From Camelus dromedarius (lineage: Eukaryota), in contig NC_087436.1 in NCBI RefSeq assembly GCF_036321535.1, positions 31,932,001 through 31,996,000 on the forward strand: a stretch of DNA of 64,000 bases, given 5' to 3'. Under the pieces are notes generated by a model. The model was not told the DNA's origin and made no database searches. It worked only from the letters and a program-made list of their open reading frames with translations. Both the position numbers and the translations under genes were made by a program. Below are positions 23,543-36,628 of the stretch, one piece after another (positions within the stretch are counted from its first letter, which is position 1; the number at the start of each line of letters is the position of its first letter).

Positions 23543-24249
23543 GACATAGCTGTGAGGGATGTGATATCTGGAGTTGTGGCAGCCATCTTGTGACCACAAA
23601 GAAACAAGTCTGAGGATAAACATGCTGGAGAAGAAAAAGTGGAAATATGGAAAGTGCTGCTGAATTAACCAGTTATCATTCAAGAATATGATTTCTTATA
23701 ATGTGAGATTATGAATTTCCTTATTGTTTATGGCTCTTCTAGTTGGGTATTCTGTGACTTGCAGCCAAAGGCATACTAATTAATACAGGCCTATCCAAAG
23801 GGTGGGGCAGTCACAGTTGGAAAGTAGCCATGAGTACTGAGGAGGGGGCTTGCCCCACTTTCCAACCCTGAAAATACATAGTACATATAATATGGAAAAT
23901 GAACAGCTCCCATTTGAATGGGGAGCAGAACAGATAACTCAGAGGAGAGCCAGAAGATTACGAAAATGTCCAGGGAAGAGGTTGTAGGCATAGGGACATT
24001 TGTTAATTACACAGCAGGCTTTTTAGAGGACAGTTAAAGTGTTTAGGAAAAAGGGGAGTGGGAAATGTTCTGAGAAAAAGATTATGTGAATCAGTACAGA
24101 GCATTATTGTAACAAGATTATTCAGAGTATAGATAGAGTGGGGAACAGGGAGAGACTCATATTTTGGACAATGACCAAAGAAAATAGGTATAAAGCTTGG
24201 TGGATTTATCCAGCCCCAGGGTTGCCAAGAAAATGTTTCTACCAGTGCC

Positions 24250-24436
24250 AGGGCCAAAGTGCTCTTTAAACTTGAGAGTTTATCTGTGGAGTTTGTTAAA
24301 CATGTTAAACATTTTCAGGCCCCAGCACCAAGATCCTGACACAGCAGAGCTCAGTAAGGTCCAGAAATCGTCATTTCTAATCAGCATCCAAAGTGATTCA
24401 ACTGCAATTGATCTAGGACTGCATTTGAAACACTGA
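24250..24436. mobile_element. MER5-like hAT fragment
   Basis: 'tttgttaaa...caggccccagcacc...gtccagaaatc..catttctaatcagcatccaaagtgattc...ctaggactgcatttgaaacactg'. Confidence 0.55.
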
Positions 24437-26879
24437 GAGCAGGGGCTTTCAAATGTTTTTCACTAAAATCTACATTCAGAAATAAAGGTTATTACATAAA
24501 CCACATGTATACATACAAACACACATACACGTGCACAAGGTAGGTGAAACAATCTGGCTTAACATAATAGAAGTTTATTTCTCATTCACATAAAGCTAAA
24601 AGCTGAGGTCCCTGGTCAGGTGACTCTGGTGGCTGGCACTCCTGCCAGTGAGACTCAGGGACCCAGGCTGCTTCCACACTGTGATTCTGACATCTTGTGG
24701 CTTCAGGGTTGCCCTGGTGTCATCCAGCAGGCATGTGGAAGGAAGAGAGTGGAGGAGCCTATGTAGGAGAGTTCTATGTGCCATATCTGAAAGTGGCATA
24801 GATCCCTCTAGGCGTACAACTACAGCCAGAGCCCTGTCACCTGGCTGGCTGTAAGGGAGACAGGAGATGGAGAGGGTCCCCCAGAAAGCACTATCACACT
24901 CTCCACTCTAGAAAACCAAAGGTTCACAAAATAATACTTACTCCTACCATATGCAGTATTCTCTGATATTTTTCTGCTTTGTTCTGGTCCATGCCATTCC
25001 ATTTTCTTTATTTTTTAAAATGCCAGCCTCCACAACTAACTCAATTTCATGTACTGCCCAACAATCCATAGCTTGGAAAGTCCTGTCCTGGAGGGGCAGA
25101 TAGCCCCACGATTTGAGGCGCTCTTTTTCCTTTGAATGTACATCCAACACCCCCAGTCAGGCATACAGCAGGCATTTAGTAAGTGGTCACCACCGCTGCT
25201 CTTAGGATTGTGGTGGTGAAGAGGAGGGAACAGAGAAAAAAGGGCTCCTCTTCCCTGAAGATGTGAAATTTTTACAATTAACAAAGTGAAAAATGGCCCC
25301 CTTTTGGTATTTTGGGTTAAGACTCTAGAATTGAAACTTACCACTAGGGGGACAGTGGAGGAAGAAAGTGAGGGAGAGTGTTTATAAATTAAGGGAGGAC
25401 AGGACAAGCGTAGATGCTCTGCTTGCTTCCTACATGGTTGGTTTTCTCCCTGAGCCTGCACCAGCCACGGTTCACCAGACATGCTAACTTTACCAGGCTG
25501 GAAGTGCCGGGAACTCAAAGCTGTAGAGGTTTCCATACAGGTGTCTTACCCTTTCTGATCTAGGCTGATTGGATGATTACTTCTTGGATGAATGACCCTC
25601 AACTGTATTTCTGAAGCTCCAGGTAGGAGACAGGGCAGTAGGTGAGAAGGAGCTGTGCAATTCCAGCTCCTCCCCTAGCTCCCGAACTCTTCCTGCCCTT
25701 CCTGCTGTCTCAGACATGGTCTGACAAAGGGAGAGACAGGACAAGGACAGGAGAAGAGAATTGCGGAAAGGTGTGGAGATGGGAAATGGAAGCAGGGAGA
25801 AAGGAAATGAGGGAAGAACTCCAGAGCAATTTTTACTGGCTGAAGAGAAAGCAGAGCAAAGTGCTCTTTACTTCTCTTCCCATCTTAAGCATGGATTTAT
25901 GAGAAAACAACCAGAGGAAGCAGGAAATTTCTCAGATTGCAGAATCCTAAAGGACTCAGAATTCATTGTTTCTTGACAAATGAAAAGTACCTGAGGAAAA
26001 ATGCTGAGTGTCCTTTAAGCATCATGGAATAAGGGCTGCTCATCTTAGACATGTGAACATGAGGTTCTTGGACTGAAAATCATGAAGAAGCAGCTAGCTG
26101 CTGGGAAAGTCCGGGAGGGGCGCTAAGCCAGAGACCTGGAGCGGCTCTCAGCCCATCCTTCCCCGGGTAACTTCAGCCCTCAAAGAGTCTGCAGAGGTGA
26201 GACTGGAGTCCAGCTTTCTATTTTTAATTCATAATGTGGAGATAAGAGTTAAATATAAAGCAGATTAAGACTTCCCTTAAATCTCCTCTACAAAAGGAAA
26301 ACTGGAATTAATCTACAGGGGCACTCCATGGATGGCTCAATACCATCATTTTCTAAGAATAAAATTAGAAGCAAAAAACTGTGTCCTTATCCTTTTGATA
26401 TCCAAGAATTATTGCCATCAAAGTACTGCAGCCCATGAAATTACTTCCCAGGTTACACTCATTAGATTGAGCATTTTCATTCTATACACCTGTGGTTTTA
26501 ATAGAAAAGAAAAAGAAAGGAAAAAAAGTCCCCTCACTTCATAAGACAACTGTTTCCATATACTGGCCCATTAATGGGATGCCAATGCATGTGGAAGTCA
26601 TTATAAAATCACAAATGCAGAACGGCAAAGCGGATTTCAAACATCGATAAGCCTGGGCTTGTTGTGGAAGTCTGGACCGTGAGAATGTCGGATTTAGGTG
26701 GTGCACTGTAGCCTGTATTCCCTACACCTTGCAGCTAAAGAGGCACTCAATTACAGGCTGTGATTTTTTTTTTAATGTCTAATCACATTATATATTACCT
26801 TTATGGATTAGACATTAAACAAGAAGCGAACCTGGCTCCTAGAGTCTTTGTCACTGGATGTGTTAACCAGATAATATGG

Positions 26880-27110
26880 CAGCAGCATAGCAAAGGATTA
26901 AGCATGCAGGCTCTGGAGCAGTTGGCTTAGGTTTGAACCCTAGCCCCATCAATTACTCACTGTGTGACCTTGGGCAAGTTGCTTAATCTCTCTGTGCCTG
27001 AGTTCCCACTTGTGTAAAAGGAAGATAATATTAGTCCATGCCTCAAGTAAGGATTAATTGAGAAAATTTATGCAAAGAACTAAATCAGTTCCCGGCATTA
27101 TGGCAAGGAC
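26880..27110 (+). mobile_element. MIR SINE
   Basis: 'ttactcactgtgtgaccttgggcaagttgcttaatctctctgtgcctgagttccc' MIR core. Confidence 0.85.
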
Positions 27111-27901
27111 TCACCAGCAGTTGGAGGTGTCGGAGATGTGCGAGAAATGAATGTGGAATGGCTGTGCACTCTGGTGGTTTTGTTCAAACCCACTGAGGTC
27201 TACAGTCCTCAGGACGCCTCAGGCGTTGTCCTGCAGAGGAAGAGAAACCAGTCAACTTTCTCTGCTGGTCTTCTGTGTATCTGAAGCCACTGCAATGCAC
27301 TGGGCCTTGGATGGCATGTAATGTCTCAGTGTGTGCACTGAGATCAGTCCAGCAAGTCATAATGCTTTTCAGAACAGTTCTCTGTGTATGGTGCTTTTAG
27401 GGTCACAGAAGGATTACAAGACAAAGCTCTGTCTGGAGCATGTATGAAGATTCATTGGAGAGAGTCTGTATACCCAGGAAATACAGCAAACTCTTTATAG
27501 GGCCTAACAGGAGAAGGAAGTGCATGTATGAGAAGCAGCTTTGATGCAAAGGTGGGTAAGAACCAATCTCTGCTTTCAAGTTTGCAATTAGCAGAGGGAC
27601 AGAGCTAAGATGATACATAGGCTGAGTGAGTTACGTCTATCAAAGGAGCATGAACTGATCGTTATGGAGTCTCCAGAGAGGAAACGCCAAACAAGACCAC
27701 TCTGATGGAATTCTCAGATGTGTTCTGCTGACAACTGGAGCAGCACAGCACTAATTCATTTCACAAAGATTTATCATCTTCCATTTGCCAGGTACGATTC
27801 CGAGTGCTGCCTCATCTTACAAGTCCCTGCCTCTGGGTCACTGACATTCTAATGGGTAAAAAGACAATTAACAAACAAAAAAAGTCTCAAAGTGTGTCTT
27901 T

Positions 27902-27903
<2 letters not shown>

Positions 27904-27931
<28 letters not shown>
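27904..27931. repeat. (AC)n microsatellite inside an antisense L2 fragment
   Basis: About 14 AC units directly visible. Confidence 0.9.
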
Positions 27932-27936
<5 letters not shown>

Positions 27937-30900
27937 ATATACCAAGGTGTAAGTATTACACAGTAAATAAAGCAAGGTAAGGAGTTGAGGGGTGACAGGA
28001 ATGAGGTGCTATGTTTCTGTGGGTTGAGTTGGCTGAAATTCCAACGAGCATTCTAAAGGGAACCACAAAATATTCTGCATGAAGTAAATGTAATTCCTTA
28101 ATGTAAAATCAAAAGGCCAGGTGCCATGGGAGTTTGCCTTGCTTGCAAACTTGAAGTAGGCAGTCTAATCCAGGGTATGTATCAAATATATTATTTCCCC
28201 CTTTTTTTGTAATCAGGGCAGTCTAAAAGTCAGCATCTCTGACATGCAGACTGTCGAAGGACCAGCTCCCTAGGAAGCTCACTAATTTTGCTCAAACTGA
28301 TCTATTTTGTTTCAATTACCAGCACATTCTATGTTCCACTGATAAAAAACTGCTGTTTAGAGGTTTGTTAATTCATTTATTCAACAAATATAGTGAGCTC
28401 CCAATATGTGCTAAGTACAGTGCCACATGCTAGGGATTCAGAGGAGGACAAAACAAGCAGGCCTCTGCCCTCCTGCATGGAAGGTATAGACCACACTGCT
28501 TTGGGCTTCTTAGATGGGCTTCTCTGAACTCCAGCAGAGAAATTCTGCCTGTGGCAACGCTGTAAGAACTCTCTAGTCATTAGTTCTCTTTTAGACACTG
28601 AATCCTGTTTCAGCAATCAAGTCATTAATCACAGAGCAGGGAAAATTCTGTGAAGTCACATGTTCAAAATGTTATAAAACATTTATAGAATTAGAATATG
28701 AGGGGGAAATTGTGAATAAGCAAAAGTAGCTTTGAAATTCCCTTTAGGAGGGTACCATGCTGGAAAACAGCACATGCCATGTCTGAGTAAATCTAACTCA
28801 GCCAACATTTCCTCTGGCTTTGGTTAAGTGCTAGAAGTGAATGGCTGACTTTCATTTAGGGGCAATACTTAATAAAAATGTATCTTTAAAATACTAGAAT
28901 TGCATTAGCATCTGATACACAGGGATGGATTGAGAGAACAGCAGATCAGTGTGTAGAGTATTCTGAAATGGTAACCGATTTTATATTTGCTTCTAATAAT
29001 TCTAATGGCAATGCAGCTCGCAACCACTGAGTCACAGGCATCCATTGCACCAAACTGTCTATGGGGAACAGTGTAAAAGCAGCCTACCTCCTGCTCCTCA
29101 GCCCTTGTACTCCCCTACATAAGGGCAAAAAGCAGCTGAGGGTTCCTGAGTCCCCCCCTAAGAAAGGGGCCACTGGATCAGAAAAGGCCTGGGTTGGGTC
29201 AAGGGCAATGTGTAGAGTGTGAACATGGAGCTTGGATTGATAACCATCAGCAGTGGGATGCTGTCACAATGCCCAATAACTAGGGAGGAGAAGTCACATC
29301 TCAACTGAGGTCAGCAAAGACAAGAGAACATTTGGATAAGACCTATAACTTGAGCTTCTCCTGAGCAGAAGAGCAGAAGGGTGGTGAGGGGAAGAATCCT
29401 GCCACGGCCCAAATGTGTGCCCAAAGAGATCAAGTGTTCAATGAGAAGTGACTGAGTTATTTTGAAATAATAATATGTTTACATTGCCTATCAGAAAGGA
29501 GGAATTGGGAGCCAAGTTGTGTTCGGTTATAGAAAAAAACAAAGTCACATTTCTATTTACATAAATGGTCTGTACATTGTAAGTCAGATACACATGTCTC
29601 CGAAGGCACAGTCCCTCAAACATACCCTCAGTAAGTGAAATGTCAGAAGTAATCACCAGCACAATTAAAACGTCTGTCTCTACATATTGAGCAAAATACA
29701 CATTGAGTTTTCATAACTTAAATGCATGAGGACCTTGTCTCCCCATACTCTTTGTTCCCCATGTCTATGGCTTTCACAACAGTAGGCTCAAAACACACAA
29801 CAGTTTGCTTGGATATTCAACATCACAGTATATACCCACAAATACACCCAAACCAAAAGCACAGGAGAAATAAGAAGTTTCATTTCTTTATGCTTAACAC
29901 GCTTCTGGGTTTAAATAAGATGGATTTTTTTTAATCACTTAAGTTGTAGGCATTTCTAACTTTAATAGCCACTCCAGAATTATACTACATTCTATCTTGT
30001 CATCCACTATGAAATTGGGCACAGATGTACTATAAATACTTGTTGATTATGGATTAATAAAAGACTACATACTTCTATAGTATACATCTAGATTGGTCAG
30101 CAGGAACTGGGGCAGGTTATATATTCATATTCATATGAATGAAGAATATTCATATATTCTTAATACAAATGAATAGAGTATATAGAAATTTAGTCAGATA
30201 ATGTGACACTGAGACCTACTTAACCCTGAAATCCCATGATTTCTAGGCTAAACCACCCAACATAACTGTATAACTTCATCTTTAGGAATAAAAGAACACT
30301 GATTCTCATATGGAAAAAGAGAATAATCTTTTGTCATCCTCAGTCCTCAGTCCAGTTCTCCAAGATGCTACATTCAAGAAGCCCCAGCTATAAAGAGGGG
30401 TTGGGCTTGGTGTTGGAAAGGTGGAAATAGATCTTTCTTCTACCTTGTTGAGAAGAACTACTCAGTTAAGTAGGGCAAGGATACTAAAACCGCTTGTGCT
30501 GCCCAGGGCAGTGTCGAGTGAGACTTTTAAAAGGTAGAGAGAGACTGAAAACAAATCTATTACAGAAATGCAATTAGCTTTGGAGAGCAGTGTCACCAAG
30601 CCATCCCTACAGAGTGGAGGCAGCTTCTTCTAGTGACCAGGACATGAGTTGCACAGCTGCTCAGGCCCTGGAGGCCTAAGGAGAAAAAGTGAGCAGAGGC
30701 GAGAATGTTTGTGGAGATCCCAGTGCCCAGCAAGCATATCCCCGGCGGGCTGCCTGGAAGGAGCCAGACCAGCTGTTGGATCTGGTGGCAGTCTGTTTAA
30801 GTGGACCATACTGGGAACAAAATCCCAGCTCTCCAGTCAGTGAGGCATTTTCCAGGCAAAAGCTCTTGTAAGCTTCCGGTTCAGTGAGCACTGCAAATCA

Positions 30901-33360
30901 GGAAGGGCTGAAGGAATGGCAGGCAGATGCATCTACCCTCTCAAGGAGGTTAGTTTGGTTATTTTATGGCCTGTGACACTATAATAGTCACACCTGGAGT
31001 CATAGCTACCAACTAAGAAACTCTAAATCATACATATTATAAAATTCTAGAGCCGAAAGAGACTTTGGAGATTGTTTAGTTTCAGGAAAGAATTAGGAAC
31101 CCAGAGTTTAAGAGACTTATCAAAATCACACAACTGTGAATGAAAACCCAAATGGCTTGACTGCTAATTTAGGGATCTTTTCATTATACCTAACAGCTTT
31201 TCAGAATATGTAAGACATTGCTCCTTTGTCACTGTCCGATCATCATAGCTCCCTTCCCCTAAGTATCCGGAAAGGGTCTTCTTAAGGGTAAATATCTGAA
31301 AAGCTTTTGCAAGTTTTGTTTAGAAAGTTTTTGCTTGCTACCAACATCCTTTTAACATTTTGTGACATTTTCCTAAATATATTTATTTTTCTAACCGCAG
31401 AGATAAAAAATGATAATGATTCAACAGTTATTGAAATTTAAAAAAGTTTTGGTAATTCCCAACCTTTGGAGTTAGCCACAAAAGTTAATGTAATCCTTCC
31501 AGATCTTTATATATAATATGTATGTGATTTACTATAATAGATAACATATGTTTTTATATATTATATAAATATATATCACCAATATATGTTTAAAATATAT
31601 AAAATGTGATATGATATCATATGTGAGTTGTCAAAAATTAAATGCAGCAGCATAGGAAAGATGAACCACATTATTAAGCTTTTGCCATTTGAGAAAAAGC
31701 ATACTATTCATTCTCAGTGGACGGGAGATGAGCTACTGACTATCTAAAGAGTGAATTTCTAACCCAGAGAATAGATACGCAGGCCTTTGACCACAAAGTC
31801 TAGATTCTTCACCACAACTCCCTTGTACCTTCACCCCTCACTACCCCACTGGTAACATATCTTTTGTTTTTCAAGCCCAAAGATGAGAATTTAAGCTCAG
31901 ATCAAGGCTGTGTACTTGGAGAATAAGAAGGCAGAGGGACCCAACCTTTGGGAGAGGGAAAAGGGAGCACTGGCTTCCAGAAGACAGTGGGATGGGGATG
32001 AACATTCCTAAGCTGATAGGTTTCGGGAGCTGATAGGAACTCCAGTAGCAATGGATGTGTGTGTCTAGGCAGGCCAGGAACTCAGCATCCCGAGTGGGGG
32101 TCTCAGTAAAGATATCAGGGTCAAAGCATGGGCATGGAGAACTAGACATTGGCAGAGATGTTACCCATCCACAAATGTATTACATGGGCAGGAAGGCCAA
32201 GTTCTCAGAGAGAAACCCAACTGACTGATACTCAAGGACTTGGTCCCCATTTATCTTTGACCACTAGGGCCTAGAATTCTTTCATGATCCCAAATGGGTA
32301 AAGGGGGCTCCCTGGAAAATGACTGAGAATACACTTCTCCAAAACCATGATGGAGTGGGCTGAGTCTCATTGAAATGGAATTGGAAAAATAAAGGCATGT
32401 GATGACTCTTTTAGCTTTGAGCTGTGGAGCAAATCAAACGTGTTAATATATATGTGATGTGATATGGTATGATTTTATTTACATATCAGGATACCCAGTG
32501 ATAGAAAAATTATTTCTTTCTGTTTGCACACCTACCTCACACTAAATATAAAAAATTTATTCAAGAGAGATTAAATACTTAAAAATAAGCAAGCAAAATC
32601 TCAGCAGAAATTTTAGGAGACTATATTTATAAGCTAGGGAGCAGAGAGGCTTTTATATAGTTTATATCGAAGCAAGAAATTCAGAAGTCATACAAGAAAA
32701 GATGGATATAATGAAATATAAAAATACTAAAATTTTTGTTAAAAAATACATACTTAAATAAAGTTAAAATATGAATACTTGATTAGGGAAAACCTGGAAT
32801 GGATATGTCAGGTAAAGGGTTAATATCAGTCAAATGCAAATAACTCCTACAAATTAATAAGAAAAAGATAAACAATGCAACAGACATAAGAGCAAATAAT
32901 ATGAATAGGAAATTCACAGGTGAGCAAATCCAAATGGTGCTTAAACCCATAAAAATGTTTTTGTTTCACTTGTTGGGGAAATACAAAGTTTAAAAACAAT
33001 GATATATTTCTTCTCACTCACTAGATAGAGTATCCCTTCACAAAAAAACTGCCTAACACATAGGTGTTGAAAATTTAAGTAAAATTTAAATACACACATA
33101 TATTCTTTAACCAAAAAATCCTGCTTCTGGTAAATTAACACCACAGAAATATGAGCAAACTCTTCATGGCATTGGAGTAGGGAAAGATTCCTTAAATAAT
33201 AAACATGAAACGTAAAGGAAAATGTTGATAAATTGGCTATAATAATGTATACTTCTACATGCCAAAGGATTTCCTAAACACATTTAAAAGAAAAGTCATA
33301 AATTGGCAGAAGATAGCTGATACTCATATAATGAGCAAAAGATTAATATCAAGAAATATT

Positions 33361-36271
33361 ATGAATAACTATATGGCAACAAATTGGACAACCTAGAAGA
33401 AATGAACAAATTTCTAGAAACATACAGTCCAGCCAAAAGAATCAAGAAGAACTAGACAATTTGAATAGACCAATCACTAGAAGTGAAATAGAATCAGTAA
33501 TGAAAAAAATTTCCTGCCAACAAAAGTCTAAGACCAAATGGCTTCACTGGGGAGTTCTACCAAACATACAAAGAGGAACTTATACCAATCCTTCTCAAAC
33601 TTTCCAAGAGACTGAAGAGGAGAGAACATTCCCAAACTCATTCTATGAAGTCATCATCACCCTGAGACCAACACCAGACAAAGACACTACCAAAAAGAAA
33701 ACTAAAGGCCAATATCATTGATGAATATACATGCAAAAATTCTCAACAAAATATTAGCAAACCAAATCCAACAATACATTAAAAAGATTATACACTAAGA
33801 TCAAGTTGGATTCACCCCAGAGACACAAGGATGTTTCAACATATGCAAATCAATCAATGAGATACCCTACATCAACAAAAAAAGAGGAAAAAAAACACTT
33901 GATCATCTCAATAGATAAGAAAAAGCATTTGATAAAATTTAACATCCATTCATGATAAAAACTTACCAAAATGAGTATAGAGGGAACATATCTTGACATA
34001 ATAAAAGCTATTTATGACAAACCCACAGCCAACATAATACTCAATGATGAAAAGTTGAAAGCCTTCCTGCTAAAATGAGGAACAAGACAATGATGCTCAC
34101 TCTCACCACTTCTATTCAACACAGTATTGGAAGTCCTATCCAATCAGGCAAGAAAAAGCAATCAGACAAGAAAAAGAAATAAAAAGGATCCAAATTGGAA
34201 GAAAAGAGGTAAAATTGTCTCTATATGCAGATGATGTGCTGCTATATATAGAAAACTCTAAAGGCTCCACACAAAAACCACCAGAGCTGATAAACAAATT
34301 CAGCAAGGTAGCAAGATACAAGATTAACATACAGAAATCTGTTGCATTTCTTTACACTAACAATGAAATATCAGAAAAGGAAAGTAAAAAAATTTGAAGA
34401 TCACTTTTAAAATCACATCAAAAAAAAATCACATCAAAAAAATTAAATTCTTAGGAATAAACGACCAAGGAGGTGAAAGACTTATATGATGAGAAACTAT
34501 AAAACACTGATTAAGGAAATTAAAGATGACTTAAAGAAATGGAAAGCTATCCCATGCTCTTGGATTGGAAGAATTAATATTGTTAAAATGGCCATACTAC
34601 CCAAAGCAATCTACAGATTTAATGCAATCTCTATCAAATTACCCAGAACATTTTTTTACAGAACTAGAACAAATAATCCTAAAATTTACATGGAATCACA
34701 GAAGACCCAGAATCATCAAAGCAATACTGAAGAAAAAGAACAAAGCTGGAAGAATAACCCTCTCAGACTTCAGACAATACTACAGAGCTACAGTAATCAA
34801 AACAGTATGGCATTGGCACAAAAACAAATATACGAATCAAAGGAACAGAATAAAGAGATGAGAAATAAACCCATACACCTACAGTCAATTAATCTTTGAC
34901 AAAGAAGGCAAGAAAAGACAGTCTCTTCAGCAAGTTGTCTTGGGAAAGTTGGACAGCCACATGTAAATCAATTAAGTTAAAACACTCCCTCACACGTACA
35001 CAAAAATAAACTCAAAATGGCTTAAAGACTTAAACATAAAACAAGACACTATAAACCTCCTAGAAGAAACCATAGGCAAAACATTCTCCAACATAAATCT
35101 TAGCAATGTTCTCCTAAGGCAGTCTACCCAAGCAATAGAAATGAAAGCAAAAATAAACAAATGAAACCTAATTAAACTTATAAGCTTCTGCACAGCAAAG
35201 GAAACTATAAACCAAACAAAAAGACAACCTACAGAATTGGAGAAAATATTTGCAAATGATGAGACTGACAAAAGTTTAATTTCCAGAATATACAAATAGC
35301 TCATACAACTGAAAAACAAAAAAATAAACAACTCAAGCAAAAAATGTGCAGAAGACCTAAACAAACATTTCTCCAGTGAAGACATATGAACGGCCGATAA
35401 GCACAAGAAAAAATGCTCAATATCATTAACTACTGGAGAAATGCAAATCAAAACTACAATGAGGTATCACCTTATATCTGTCAGAATGGCCATTATTAAG
35501 GAGTTCACAAATGATAAATGCTGGAGAGGATATGGAGAAAAGGAACCCTCCTACACTGTTGGTGGGAATGTAGTTTGGGTCAACCACTATGGAAAACAGT
35601 ATGAAGATTCCTTAAAAAACTACAAACAGACTTACCATATGATCCAGCAATCCCATTCCTGGGCATATATCCAGAGAAAACTCTAATTCAAAAAGATGCA
35701 TGCAACCCAATGTTCATAGCAACATTATATACAACAGCCAAGACATGAAAGCAATCTAAATGACAGCATCAACAGATGATTGGATAAAGAAGATGTAGCA
35801 TATATGTTCAATGGAATACTACTCAGTCATAAAAAAGAATAAAATAATGCCATTTGCAGCAATATGGATGGACCTGGAGATTGTCATACTAAGTCAACCA
35901 AGCCAGAAAGAGAAAGAAAAATACCATATGACATCACTTACATGTGGAATCTAAAAAATGATGCAAATTAACTTGTTTACAAAACAGAAACAGACTCACA
36001 GACATAGAAAATAAACTTATGGTCACCAGGAGGGAAATGGGGGTGGAGGGATAAATTGGGAGTTTGGGATTTGCAAATACTAACTACTATATATAAAACA
36101 GATAAACAGTAAGGTCCTACTGTATAACACAGGGAACCATATTCAATACCTTACAATAGCCTATAATGAAAAGGAATATATATATATGTATAACTGAATC
36201 ACTATGCTGTACACCAGAAATTAACACAACATTGTAAACTGACTATACTTCAATAAACATTGAAATATATA
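33361..36271 (+). mobile_element. 5'-truncated lineage-specific L1 (about 2.9 kb): decayed ORF2 RT and C-terminal region, 3' UTR
   Basis: ORF fragments match L1 ORF2p: [32 protein letters not shown] (RT YADD), [38 protein letters not shown]; many stops and frameshifts; possible TSD AAGAAATATT at 33351-33360 and 36272-36281. Confidence 0.95.
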
Positions 36272-36567
36272 AAGAAATATTTGTCTTATATACATGAAAT
36301 TGCCAATATTCAATAACTTTTGACCTACAAAAATGGCAATTTCATATGACTCAACCAAATATAAGGAATTCTTCCAAATCAATTTTTTTTAAAAAAGACA
36401 ACCAACCTAAGAGGAAAAAAAAAAAGGGACAAAGGATTTGAAGAAAACCAAATGGCCAATAAAAATCTGAAAATATGCTTAACTCCCCCAAAATCTGGGA
36501 AATAAAAACTATGATGAGATACTGCTTCATGTCACAAGGTTGACAAGGATTAAAAAGCACTGGTGGC

Positions 36568-36628
36568 AGGGAGTGAGGGGGTACAGCTCAGTGGTAGAGC
36601 ACATGTTTAGTATGTACGAGGTCCAGGA
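36568..36628 (+). mobile_element. Partial tRNA-derived SINE (5' head only)
   Basis: 'gggggtacagctcagtggtagagcacatgtttagtatgtacgaggtccagg' then similarity stops before the B box. Confidence 0.8.

Larger units (their letters stand above)
22540..23787 (+). mobile_element. Old MaLR solo LTR (MLT1J-like) hosting two younger MLT1 LTRs
   Basis: Pieces at about 22540-22620, 22980-23056 and 23543-23787 ('ggcagccatcttgtgaccac', end 'gggtattctgtgacttgcagccaaaggcatactaattaataca') join into one LTR. Confidence 0.65.

Noticed and set aside
25341..25355. CTCF-like CCACTAGGGGGAC (also a near match at 50379-50392)
   Set aside because: Mismatch in the core GGC; cannot be supported without a PWM scan or ChIP data
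34990..35451. 153-aa hydrophobic ORF
   Set aside because: Antisense frame of L1 ORF2, a common artefact
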